From Firmicutes bacterium UBA3914 (lineage in GTDB: Bacteria; Bacillota; Limnochordia; Darwinibacteriales; Darwinibacteriaceae), in the NCBI GenBank assembly GCA_002391385.1, contig DGEY01000060.1, positions 5,531-52,253 of the forward strand: a stretch of 46,723 nt of DNA. Reading direction: 5' to 3'. The notes below the pieces were generated by a model. It was not told where the DNA came from. It searched no databases and saw only the letters and a list, made by a program, of their open reading frames with translations. Of this stretch, positions 21,407 to 29,763 are shown piece after piece; within the stretch, counting starts at the first letter, position 1; every line of letters starts with the position of its first letter. A program made the position numbers and the translations under genes.

Positions 21407-22324
21407 GTGGGTGATTGTGTGCAGCGAAACGTCCGCGGCGTGCTGTTGGCTGTTCTGATCTGGGGACTGTTTTGGGGGAGCACTCCTCTCCTCGCGGCCC
21501 GGCCCGTGCAGGTGGTGGCCACCTTTTCCATCCTGCAGGATTTCGTGGAGCAGGTGGGGGGAGAGGCGGTGACCGTAAGTTCTCTGGTACCCCTGGGGGC
21601 GGATCCCCATACCTGGGAACCCTCGCCCCGGGAGGCGGGTTTGGTGGCCAGGGCCGAGTTGGTGGTGGCCAACGGGGCAGGTTTCGATGATTGGCTGCTG
21701 CCCTTGGTGAAAAGCGCTGCCCGGCCAGGGATCCCCCTGCTCCAGCTCTCGGAGGGGCTGGTCCCTGATGTGGATCACCACGATCACGGTCACGGTCACG
21801 GGCATACAGCCGATCCCCATCTGTGGCTCAGCGTGCCCAATGCCGTAGCCTATGTGGAAAGGATCGCCGCGGCCTTAACGGAGCTGCGGCCGGAGCTGGG
21901 CGACTTTTTTGCCGGGCGCGCCCAGGCGTACATCCAGGAGCTCTGGGCCCTGGACGAGAGGTTCCGGGCTGAGCTGGAGACCATCCCTGCAGAAAGCAGG
22001 GTGATCATCACTTACCACAACGCTTTTGGCCATCTGGCTGAGCGCTACGGCTTTGCCGTGGTGGAATTCCTGGTGGAAAACCCGGAGGCAGAGCCCAATC
22101 CCCGGGATCTAGGGCGGTTGGTGGAGCTTTTGGGCAGGCTGGATAGGCCTGTGGTGTTCACCGAACCGCAGATCAGCAGCGGCACCCGCTACATGCAGGC
22201 CCTGGCCCGGGAAGCGGGGGCCGCGGTCCATGTGCTCTACAGCGACAGCCTCACCAGTGAGGTGCCCACCTATCTGCAGATGATGGCGTACAATTTACAG
22301 ACGTTAGTGGAGGCCTGGAGATGA
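21407..22324 (+). CDS. znuA: metal (zinc-type) ABC transporter substrate-binding protein with His-rich loop
   Basis: TroA/ZnuA-like sequence with signal/TM segment VLLAVLIWGLFWG and His-rich loop DVDHHDHGHGHGHTADPH. Confidence 0.85.
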   Translation: MGDCVQRNVRGVLLAVLIWGLFWGSTPLLAARPVQVVATFSILQDFVEQVGGEAVTVSSLVPLGADPHTWEPSPREAGLVARAELVVANGAGFDDWLLPLVKSAARPGIPLLQLSEGLVPDVDHHDHGHGHGHTADPHLWLSVPNAVAYVERIAAALTELRPELGDFFAGRAQAYIQELWALDERFRAELETIPAESRVIITYHNAFGHLAERYGFAVVEFLVENPEAEPNPRDLGRLVELLGRLDRPVVFTEPQISSGTRYMQALAREAGAAVHVLYSDSLTSEVPTYLQMMAYNLQTLVEAWR

Positions 22325-23094
22325 AGGTGCAAGCAGCGGAGTTAGCCCTGGATATCCAGAACCTGACCGCAGGCTACCAGGAGCGCATCGTTTTGCGCGA
22401 TGTGTCCTGGCAGGTGCCCCGGGGGACTTTAGCGGCCATTATCGGCCCCAACGGCGGCGGTAAATCCACCCTGCTCAAAACCGCCGTGGGCCTGCTCAAA
22501 CCTGTGAGCTACGACGCCCTGACCCTGCTTGGGCAGAGCCCAGAGGAGGGGCGTAACAGGGCAGCCTACCTGCCCCAGGGGGAAGAGGTGGATTGGGCTT
22601 TTCCCATCACTGTCCTGGAAGTGGTGCTCCAGGGACGGCTGGTGAGAAAGGGCCTCTGGGGCCGGCTGCGCCGGGAAGACTATGCCGCCAGCCGTTCAGC
22701 CCTGGAGTTCTTCGGTCTGGGAGGCCTGGAGAAGGTGCAGATCGGCGCCCTCAGCGGGGGGCAGCGGCAGCGGGTATTTCTAGCCCGGGCACTGGTTCAG
22801 GAGGCAGACCTGATCCTCTTGGACGAACCCACAACGGGCCTTGATGCCCAAGCCCAGCACGAGCTGGCGGATCTTTTGGTGGAGCTGAGGAAAGCTGGCA
22901 AGACCATCATTGCCGCCACCCATGACCTGGACTGCTTGACCGAGTGCTTTGATCAAGTTTTGGCCCTCAACGGCAGGGTGCTGGCGGTGGGTACCCCCGC
23001 TCAAGTTTTGACGGAGGAGATCATGGTGGAGCTGTTCGCCAGGCACTTTCCCAAAGTGGGTGAGGGTGGGGAGGTTATGCTGCATGAATCTTGA
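22321..23094 (+). CDS. znuC: metal ABC transporter ATP-binding protein
   Basis: Walker A GPNGGGKST, signature LSGGQRQR, Walker B LILLDEPTTGLD. The start overlaps the znuA stop codon. Confidence 0.88.
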   Translation: MKVQAAELALDIQNLTAGYQERIVLRDVSWQVPRGTLAAIIGPNGGGKSTLLKTAVGLLKPVSYDALTLLGQSPEEGRNRAAYLPQGEEVDWAFPITVLEVVLQGRLVRKGLWGRLRREDYAASRSALEFFGLGGLEKVQIGALSGGQRQRVFLARALVQEADLILLDEPTTGLDAQAQHELADLLVELRKAGKTIIAATHDLDCLTECFDQVLALNGRVLAVGTPAQVLTEEIMVELFARHFPKVGEGGEVMLHES

Positions 23095-23920
23095 ACTCTT
23101 GCTGGAGCCTTTGCAGTACGGGTTTATGGTGCGGGCCTTTGTGGGCGTGGGACTTGTGGCCGTCGTGGCGGCAGCCATCGGTACCTTTGTGGTGCTCAAG
23201 GGTCTGGCCTTCATGGGTGATGCCATTGCCCACACCGCCTTCACCGGCATCGCCGTGGGACTGCTTTTAGGCATCAGCATCCACGTCAGTGCCCTGTTCT
23301 TTGCTCTTGTAACTTCCCTGGGGGTTGTGGTTTTGACCCGGGTTTCCAATGTGAGGAACGATACGGCCCTGGCCATTCTCTTCACCGGTGTCTTTGCTTT
23401 GGGCATTGTGCTTCTGTCCACAAGCCCCGGCTTCATGGGCGATCTGAACAGTCTGCTCCTCGGCTCGGTGCTGGCCATCCAAGCCAGGGAGATTGTCCTA
23501 ATTGCCGCCTTTGCCCTGCTGCTTGTGGTGGTCTTAGTGTTGTTTTTCCCCCAGCTGGTACTGGCTTCCTTTGACCCCCTGGGGGCTGAAGCCGCTGGTT
23601 TTCCCGTGGTGCTGTTCCAGAGCCTGCTGCTGGCCCTGACTGCCGTGGCCATAGTCATTTCCATCCAAGCGGTGGGAGTTGTGCTGGTTGTGGCCCTCTT
23701 GATCACGCCCGCGGCCACCGCGGGGCTCGTCACCAAGCGGCTTAAGCTGCAGATACTGCTGGCGGCACTGTTTGGTTTGGTCTCTTCCTTCCTGGGCCTG
23801 TACATCTCCTATTTCTTCGGTGCACCGCCGGGGGCCACGGTGGTCTTGGTGGCAACCCTCTTTTTCACGGCGGCCCTGACCATCCAGAGGCTGCGGAGCA
23901 GGGGAGGGGCGGCATGCTAG
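23084..23920 (+). CDS. znuB: metal ABC transporter permease
   Basis: ATG 23084 overlaps the znuC stop codon. Polytopic ABC-3 family-like sequence (LLEPLQYGFMVRA...). Confidence 0.88.
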   Translation: MNLELLLEPLQYGFMVRAFVGVGLVAVVAAAIGTFVVLKGLAFMGDAIAHTAFTGIAVGLLLGISIHVSALFFALVTSLGVVVLTRVSNVRNDTALAILFTGVFALGIVLLSTSPGFMGDLNSLLLGSVLAIQAREIVLIAAFALLLVVVLVLFFPQLVLASFDPLGAEAAGFPVVLFQSLLLALTAVAIVISIQAVGVVLVVALLITPAATAGLVTKRLKLQILLAALFGLVSSFLGLYISYFFGAPPGATVVLVATLFFTAALTIQRLRSRGGAAC

Positions 23921-24864
23921 ACCATCCCTATGTGCTTACGGCCATTGTAGAGGAGCAGGAAGAGGGGCTCATGGTTAGGGATATCGTCTGCGGCCGGCTG
24001 GGGCTCACCCGGGGCCTGCTCAGGCGCATGAAGAAGGGCGGCGGGATCTTCCTCAACGGCCAGAGGGATTACTTGAGCAGAAGGGTCCGGGCCGGGGATC
24101 AGATCCAGATCGTCTTTTTCGATGAGGCTACGGAGCTGCAGCCGGAGGCGCTCCCTTTAGACATCGTCTATGAAGATGATTATCTCTTGGTGGTGAACAA
24201 ACCCCCGGGGATGGCGGCCCACCCCACCGGGAGCTATCAAGAAGGCACGCTGGCCAATGCCATCGCCCATTACTGGCAGGTTCTGGGCCTGAAGACCAAG
24301 GTGCGTTTGGTCCACCGTTTGGATAAGGACACCTCCGGACTGATCCTGGTGGCCAAAGAACCCTATACCCACCATGGGCTCGTGCAGCAGCTGCGCCGGC
24401 GGGAGCTGGTTAGGGAATACCTGGCGCTGGTCCGGGGCCAGCTCCGGGAAGATCAGGGTGTCATTGAGGCACCCATCGCCCGGATGCAGGACCACGGGGT
24501 CAAGCGGACGGCGGACCCCCAGGGTAAGGCGGCCAGGACGGTGTACCAGGTGCTGCGCCGGGGCCAGGAGGCAACTTTGGTGCGGGCGCGCTTGGGAAGC
24601 GGGCGCACCCACCAGATCCGGGTGCACTTTTCCCATCTAGGCTACCCCGTGGTGGGAGATCCCCTCTACGGTGAGGCCCTGCCGGAGCTGCCGGGGCAGG
24701 CCCTCCACTCCTGGCGGGTGGAGTTCATCCATCCCCGCACTGGGGGGCAGTGCGTGTTCACCTGTCCACTGCCTAAGGAAATGCTGTCTTTGTGGAAAAG
24801 GATGCGGGAAGGAGAAGTGGCAAGGAATGCAGATCACAGCGAACATGATTCAAAGGGGTGCTAA
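23914..24864 (+). CDS. rluD: RluA-family 23S rRNA pseudouridine synthase (RluD-like, with S4 domain)
   Basis: HRLDKDTSGLILVAK catalytic motif and GRTHQIRVH. Confidence 0.9.
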   Translation: MLDHPYVLTAIVEEQEEGLMVRDIVCGRLGLTRGLLRRMKKGGGIFLNGQRDYLSRRVRAGDQIQIVFFDEATELQPEALPLDIVYEDDYLLVVNKPPGMAAHPTGSYQEGTLANAIAHYWQVLGLKTKVRLVHRLDKDTSGLILVAKEPYTHHGLVQQLRRRELVREYLALVRGQLREDQGVIEAPIARMQDHGVKRTADPQGKAARTVYQVLRRGQEATLVRARLGSGRTHQIRVHFSHLGYPVVGDPLYGEALPELPGQALHSWRVEFIHPRTGGQCVFTCPLPKEMLSLWKRMREGEVARNADHSEHDSKGC

Positions 24865-25252
24865 AGCGGGGCTAGAGACCACCTGGGAACTGGCTAAAGT
24901 GGTGGTGCCCACGGCGGTGGTGGTGGCTCTTTTTAAGGCCAGCGGCCTTTTGGAGAGCATCACTGCGCTTTTTGCCCCCTATCTGAGCTGGTTTGGGCTG
25001 TCGGGAGATGCTGCTGTGGTGCTTTTTAGCGGCTATTTCATCAACCTCTACGCCGCGGCGGGCAGCATCATGGCCCTCACCCTCAGCTGGCAGGAGATCA
25101 CCATCTGCGCGGTGATGCTCACCTTCTGCCATTCGCTGCTGGTGGAGCTGCCCATCAGCAAAAAGGCGGGCAGCCCCTTAAGCTATATTTTCTTCATCCG
25201 CCTCGGCTGCTCGCTGGCGGTGGGCTGGCTCTTGGGGGTGGTGCTGTCGTGA
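24827..25252 (+). CDS. nucleoside-recognition (Gate) domain membrane protein
   Basis: ATG 24827. About 141 aa, hydrophobic, with Gate-domain-like sequence. The upstream part of the track ORF is an out-of-frame read-through of rluD. Confidence 0.65.
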   Translation: MQITANMIQRGAKAGLETTWELAKVVVPTAVVVALFKASGLLESITALFAPYLSWFGLSGDAAVVLFSGYFINLYAAAGSIMALTLSWQEITICAVMLTFCHSLLVELPISKKAGSPLSYIFFIRLGCSLAVGWLLGVVLS

Positions 25253-25668
25253 CGGTGCTGTGGGAAGGATTTGTGCAGGGAGTCAGGGGAGTTATCACCA
25301 TCGGACTGATAGTTGTTCCTTTGATGATCGTTCTGGAGATCGCCCAGGGCAACGGCTGGCTGCAGAAGCTGAACCACTACGCGGCTAAGCCCTTTAGGCG
25401 CATTGGCGTTGGCGAGGAGGGCGTTTTTCCGCTGGTGGTGGCCATGCTCTTCGGCTTGACCTACGGCTCGGGCCTGATCATCAACCATGTGCGCACCGGG
25501 CAGGTGAGCGCCAGGGAGGCAAAGGTTATCGGCACCTTCATGGCCATAGCCCATGCCCTGGTGGAAGATACCATCATCTTCCTGGTCCTGGGGGCACCGC
25601 TTTTGCTGCTGTTGGTGCCTAGGTTAGTTTTGGCCTTTGCCATGTCGTACATCGTGTCCAAACGCTAA
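25249..25668 (+). CDS. nucleoside-recognition (Gate) domain membrane protein, second subunit
   Basis: 139 aa, hydrophobic, with the start overlapping the upstream stop codon. The paired arrangement resembles SpmA/SpmB-type pairs. Confidence 0.65.
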   Translation: MTVLWEGFVQGVRGVITIGLIVVPLMIVLEIAQGNGWLQKLNHYAAKPFRRIGVGEEGVFPLVVAMLFGLTYGSGLIINHVRTGQVSAREAKVIGTFMAIAHALVEDTIIFLVLGAPLLLLLVPRLVLAFAMSYIVSKR

Positions 25669-26909
25669 GGCAGGGGCACAATTTGCAGTCCCTTGAGCAG
25701 CCAGTGGTAGAGGCCGGGGGTTAGATCCAGCTGCAGCAGTAGGCTGGTGGAACCCGTGGGTACCACCACAATCACCGCGAAGGGTTCCAGGCTGATCTGG
25801 ACTATCTCCCACTGGGCGCCCTCCGCCAGAGCGAACAGCAGGTCCGCGGTTGCCGCTGGATCCTGGCGCAGATCGGGCGCGAAGAGGGCCTCCAGCGCAC
25901 TCCGGTCTTGGTCGGCCAGGGCAGCCTGGAGATCCTGCACAAACTGCGCGCAGGAATCCCGGATTTCCTGGGGCACATCCGGTGCCGCGGGCGTGAGGTG
26001 GAAGTGGTACATCTGCAGGAAACCGGCGGTCTCCTGCCAGGCCATGGCTGCTGTATAGCGGGGGCCGCGCTCGGTGGAAAAGACTACCACATAGGTGCCG
26101 CTGGGATCCTCGGGCACCTGGACAACTTCACTGGTAACTGTGCCGAAATACATGGGCAGGCTGGCTAGATACTGGGCCAGCCCTTTTTCCTGCAGCGCTG
26201 GGCTGAGCAGCTCGCTCAGTTCAGTCAGGCTGCGCTGGTTCAAAGCCCTGGTGAACCTGTTGATCTGCAGTTGGATCCGGGAGGCGATCCCCGTGGGGCG
26301 GGGACTTTCCGTGGGAAGTTCCGCCTCTGCTTCTTCCTCCTCAACCGGTTCTGCAGCGGCTTCGCCGTTCTGGGCCAGCTCCTCCAGGGCAGCGGCTCTG
26401 CTAAGCAGCTTCACGGTGGGATACCCGGCTGAGGGCGCCAAATGGATCAGCTGGAAGGTACCTTCGGCATCAAGTTGCACCACTTCTCCCGCAGCCACTT
26501 CCCATTCTTCTGGGAGCTGCAGCACCACCGTCCATTCCTCCACTGGCGCTGTGAACTCCGGCAGCCAGAGCTGGTCCCGCCCCAGCACCGCCTCGTGCAG
26601 CTGCGGTTCCACCAACCCCTCGTAGGAGAAGGTGATTGTTTGGGGACCCAGCTCCCGCAGGGCAAAGATCACCGCGGTGCCGTGGGCAGATCTTTCCACG
26701 CTGTATTCCACCAGACTGTCGGCCCAGAATTCGGTGACGTGGGCCTCAGGGAAGAGGAGCAGTGACTGGGATGCGGTCTCCGGTTTGAGAATCACTTCCC
26801 CCGATACCCGCAGAAAACCGCTCTCCGGCAGGTAAAAAACGTGAATGCTAGCTGCTGCTGTCGCCGAGAGCAGCAGGCACAAAAGCAGTACTGCCAGGCT
26901 TCTTCTCAT
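25665..26909 (-). CDS. secreted hypothetical protein with acidic linker
   Basis: I prefer ATG 26909 (RBS GGGGGG about 8 nt upstream), which gives signal peptide MRRSLAVLLLCLLLSATAAAS. There is a central EPVEEEEAEAE linker. No family recognised. Confidence 0.62.
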   Translation of the reverse strand: MRRSLAVLLLCLLLSATAAASIHVFYLPESGFLRVSGEVILKPETASQSLLLFPEAHVTEFWADSLVEYSVERSAHGTAVIFALRELGPQTITFSYEGLVEPQLHEAVLGRDQLWLPEFTAPVEEWTVVLQLPEEWEVAAGEVVQLDAEGTFQLIHLAPSAGYPTVKLLSRAAALEELAQNGEAAAEPVEEEEAEAELPTESPRPTGIASRIQLQINRFTRALNQRSLTELSELLSPALQEKGLAQYLASLPMYFGTVTSEVVQVPEDPSGTYVVVFSTERGPRYTAAMAWQETAGFLQMYHFHLTPAAPDVPQEIRDSCAQFVQDLQAALADQDRSALEALFAPDLRQDPAATADLLFALAEGAQWEIVQISLEPFAVIVVVPTGSTSLLLQLDLTPGLYHWLLKGLQIVPLP

Positions 26910-26983
26910 CCTGTACCCCCCTAGTGATTTCCCGCGGGGCGCTCCCCGTAGGGGCCCTCCTCTCCTAATGTTTAACTTTTTCA

Positions 26984-27012
26984 TTGAAATCCCTGCCTAG
27001 AGTTGGTATAAT
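26984..27012 (+). promoter_or_regulatory. near-consensus sigma-A promoter for the aminotransferase-reductase fusion gene
   Basis: TTGAAA (26984-89), a 17-nt spacer, then TGgTATAAT (extended -10, 27004-12). Confidence 0.55.
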
Positions 27013-27016
27013 TAGC

Positions 27017-27039
27017 ATTGTGCACAAAGTGTGCTCAAT
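27017..27039 (+). promoter_or_regulatory. 10-3-10 inverted repeat just downstream of the -10 box (operator or 5'-UTR hairpin)
   Basis: ATTGTGCACA (27017-26) aag TGTGCTCAAT (27030-39), with 9 of 10 positions complementary. Confidence 0.4.
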
Positions 27040-27058
27040 ACTCCGGGGAGGTACAAGG

Positions 27059-29674
27059 ATGCATCCGTACATAGAATTTGTCAATCCGCACCTGGGAAAA
27101 CTGCTCCAGGATATCGGTCTGGATAAGCGTTTTCAGCGGGGCCAAGGCCCTTACCTCTATGACCATACGGGGCAGGAGTACCTTGACTGCATTGCCGCCT
27201 ACGGCGCGCTGCCCTTTGGCTACAACCCTCCCGAGATCTGGCGGGCCCTGCATGAACTGGAGGCGCGTCAGGAGCCCAGCTTCATCCAGCCCTCCCTTCT
27301 GGAAGCCGCGGGGGAGCTGGCCGCCCGCTTGATTGCCCTCGCCCCCAGCGGATTTCAGTATGTCACCTTTGCCAACAGCGGGGCCGAGGCTGTGGAGGCC
27401 GCCTTCAAACTGGTGCGGGCCAAAACGGGCAAACCTGTGATCCTCTCCACCAGAAACAGCTTCCACGGCAAAACGCTGGGCGCCCTGTCGGCAACCGGCA
27501 ATGAAAACTACCAAAGCGCCTTCGGGGCTCCGGTTCCGGGCTTTCGCCACATTCCCTACGGGGATCTGGAGGCCCTGGAAAGCTATCTAGCAGAACACGC
27601 CGGGGATACGGCAGCCTTTATCGTGGAGCCCATTCAGGGAGAAGGGGGCATTGTGGAGCCGCCCCAGGGCTACCTGAAGCAGGTACAGGAGCTTTGTGCC
27701 CGCCATGGGGTACTGACCATCTTCGATGAAATCCAAACTGGTTTGGGGCGTACCGGCGCGCTCTTTGCCTGCGCCGAAGAAGGGGTTACGCCCGATGTGA
27801 TGGTGTTGGCCAAGGCCCTGGGCGGAGGCCTTATTCCCATCGGAGCGGTGCTCTGCCGGGCAGAGGTCTACACAGAGGATTTCGGCCTGAAGCACTCCTC
27901 CACCTTTGCCGGCAACTCCCTGGGCGCCCGGGTGGGCCTGGCCGTCCTGGAGCTCTTGACCAAAGACGATGGTGCCCTCCTGCGGTCCGTCCGGGAAAAA
28001 GGGGCCAAGCTCAAGGCTGGCCTAGAGCGGGTCGCGGCCAAGTACCCGCAGGTGGTGAAGGCCATCCGCGGGCGCGGCTTTATGCTGGGCATCGAGTTTG
28101 TCAATTCCCGGGATCCCTATCCCCACAGCCTGCTGGGGGTTATGGCCGAGCAGGAGCTGCTCACCCCCATGGTGGCCTCTTACCTTTTGAACGTGGAGCG
28201 GGTGCGGGTGGCCCCCACCCTTAACGGTGCCAGTGTGATCCGCATCGAGCCCCCCCTGACCATGGGCGAGACGGAGATCGAACGGGTGGTGCAGGCGGTG
28301 GAACGGGCTTGCGGACTTCTCGCCTCTAGAAACACCGCTGCCTTTTTGGGTCACCTCATCGGCTACAGCCGCCCGGCTGCTTTGAACGGTGCGGCTCAGC
28401 CCCAAACGGTGGAGGAGGCCCGTCCCCAACCGGGCGATGGCCGCTTCGCCTTCTTGGTGCACCCCGTGGATTTGGACAATTACTCTGAATTCGACGCCAG
28501 CTTGGCGGACTTAACAGCTGAACAGCTGGAGGATCTCAGCTCCCGCTGGAATGATCTGGTGGAACCTTTTGTGGTGGCCAGCACAAGGGTGGTGGACAAC
28601 TGCGGCCGCAGTGCCTACGGCGATTTCATCTGCGTGCCCAAAACCGCCGCCCAGCTCTTGGCCATGGATAAGGAACAGTCCAGACGGGAGATCCTGGCTG
28701 CCATTGACTTAGCCGTGGAGCGGGGGGCGCGCCTTGTGGGACTGGGGGCCTACACCTCCGTTGTGACCATGGGGGGTAGGCAGCTCCTGCCCTACACCGA
28801 TGTGGCCCTGACCACCGGCAACAGTTACACAGTGGTTTCCGGTGTGGAAGCGGCCGTTTCAGCTGCCAAAGAGGTTGGACTGGAAATGGCCACCGCCACC
28901 GGGGCGGTGGTGGGGGCCGGTGGGGCCATCGGTAAGGCCTTGGCCATTCTCCTGAGTGAGCAGGTGCAGAACCTGATCCTGATCGGCAACCCTGCCCGTC
29001 CGGAAAAAAGCGAATACCGCATGCTCAAGGTGGCGGTGGAGATCATCCAGCACCTGCGCACCCTTGCCGGTTCCGGCCGCCAATTGGCCCCGGGCAGCTT
29101 GGGCGCCTTTGCGGCGCAGCTGGACTCTGTACCGGCGGAAGATGCGCCCTTGAGCGTGTGGGTGGAGTTTGCCCGGGAAGTGCTGGCCAGCGGCGCTCCC
29201 TTGACCTTGACTGTGGACAGCCGGGCGCACCTGCCCCGGGCCGATCTGATTCTGGCGGCCACCAGCAGCCTGGAAGCGCTGATCACCCCCGATGTGCTCA
29301 AGCGGGGTGCGGTGGTCTGTGACATGTCCAGACCCAGCAACGTGAGTAAGGAGGTGCTGGAGGAGCGCCCCGATGTCTTGGTAATCGATGGCGGAGTGAT
29401 TGCCCTGCCCGGCAGCCCCGATCTGGGCTGGAATTTCGGTTTTGAAAAGGGTACGGCCTTTGCCTGCATGTCTGAAACCATGATGCTGGCCCTGGAGGGG
29501 CGCTACGAGCACATGAGCATAGGGGCTGACCTCAGCCTGGAGCACCTGGAGCTGATGCGCGGCCTCGCCAAGAAGCTGGGCTTTACCCTGGCGGGATTTC
29601 GGGCCTTTGACCGGCCCTTGGATCCAGCTGTGTGGGAGCGGGTGCGGGCCCTGCGGAAAAAAGAGACAGCCTAA
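27059..29674 (+). CDS. bifunctional fusion: class-III PLP aminotransferase (N-terminal) + acyl-ACP reductase (AAR)-family NAD(P)-dependent thioester reductase (C-terminal)
   Basis: N-terminal half: FANSGAEAVEAA, IVEPIQGEGG, FDEIQTGLGRTG and the Lys in VLAKALGGG. C-terminal half (from about 28441): FAFLVHPVDL, GLGAYTSVV, LTTGNSYTV, GAVVGAGGAIGKA, VIDGGV and AFACMSETMMLALEG. These are colinear with my recollection of Synechococcus AAR, including the catalytic-Cys motif FACFAEAM. ATG 27059 follows GGGGAGG. Confidence 0.82.
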   Translation: MHPYIEFVNPHLGKLLQDIGLDKRFQRGQGPYLYDHTGQEYLDCIAAYGALPFGYNPPEIWRALHELEARQEPSFIQPSLLEAAGELAARLIALAPSGFQYVTFANSGAEAVEAAFKLVRAKTGKPVILSTRNSFHGKTLGALSATGNENYQSAFGAPVPGFRHIPYGDLEALESYLAEHAGDTAAFIVEPIQGEGGIVEPPQGYLKQVQELCARHGVLTIFDEIQTGLGRTGALFACAEEGVTPDVMVLAKALGGGLIPIGAVLCRAEVYTEDFGLKHSSTFAGNSLGARVGLAVLELLTKDDGALLRSVREKGAKLKAGLERVAAKYPQVVKAIRGRGFMLGIEFVNSRDPYPHSLLGVMAEQELLTPMVASYLLNVERVRVAPTLNGASVIRIEPPLTMGETEIERVVQAVERACGLLASRNTAAFLGHLIGYSRPAALNGAAQPQTVEEARPQPGDGRFAFLVHPVDLDNYSEFDASLADLTAEQLEDLSSRWNDLVEPFVVASTRVVDNCGRSAYGDFICVPKTAAQLLAMDKEQSRREILAAIDLAVERGARLVGLGAYTSVVTMGGRQLLPYTDVALTTGNSYTVVSGVEAAVSAAKEVGLEMATATGAVVGAGGAIGKALAILLSEQVQNLILIGNPARPEKSEYRMLKVAVEIIQHLRTLAGSGRQLAPGSLGAFAAQLDSVPAEDAPLSVWVEFAREVLASGAPLTLTVDSRAHLPRADLILAATSSLEALITPDVLKRGAVVCDMSRPSNVSKEVLEERPDVLVIDGGVIALPGSPDLGWNFGFEKGTAFACMSETMMLALEGRYEHMSIGADLSLEHLELMRGLAKKLGFTLAGFRAFDRPLDPAVWERVRALRKKETA

Positions 29675-29691
29675 AGAAAATGGAGTATAAT
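29663..29691 (+). promoter_or_regulatory. candidate promoter for the DegT-dapF-glpQ unit, overlapping the upstream terminator
   Basis: GAGACA (29663-68), a 17-nt spacer, then TATAAT (29686-91). Motif match only. Confidence 0.35.
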
Positions 29692-29718
29692 AAAAGCCGG
29701 GGTTCTGCCCGGTTTTTT
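29692..29718 (+). terminator. intrinsic terminator after the fusion gene
   Basis: AAAAGCCGGG(29692-701)/CCCGGTTTTT(29708-17), a 10-bp stem with one G-U pair and a 6-nt loop, running into a T6 tract. Confidence 0.6.
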
Positions 29719-29763
29719 CCTTCCAAGAGGAATCGGGGCAGACCTCCAGAACAGTTAGAAGTG

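Noticed and set aside
21775-21810. Short tandem CAC-GGT/CAC-GAT repeat
   Set aside because: It encodes the His/Gly/Asp-rich metal-binding loop of ZnuA. It is not a CRISPR array or a non-coding microsatellite.
22780-23805. 341-aa ORF on the minus strand
   Set aside because: It is antisense to znuC/znuB. The sequence is low complexity (Ser/Thr/Ala/Lys/Pro-rich), so I treat it as a shadow ORF.
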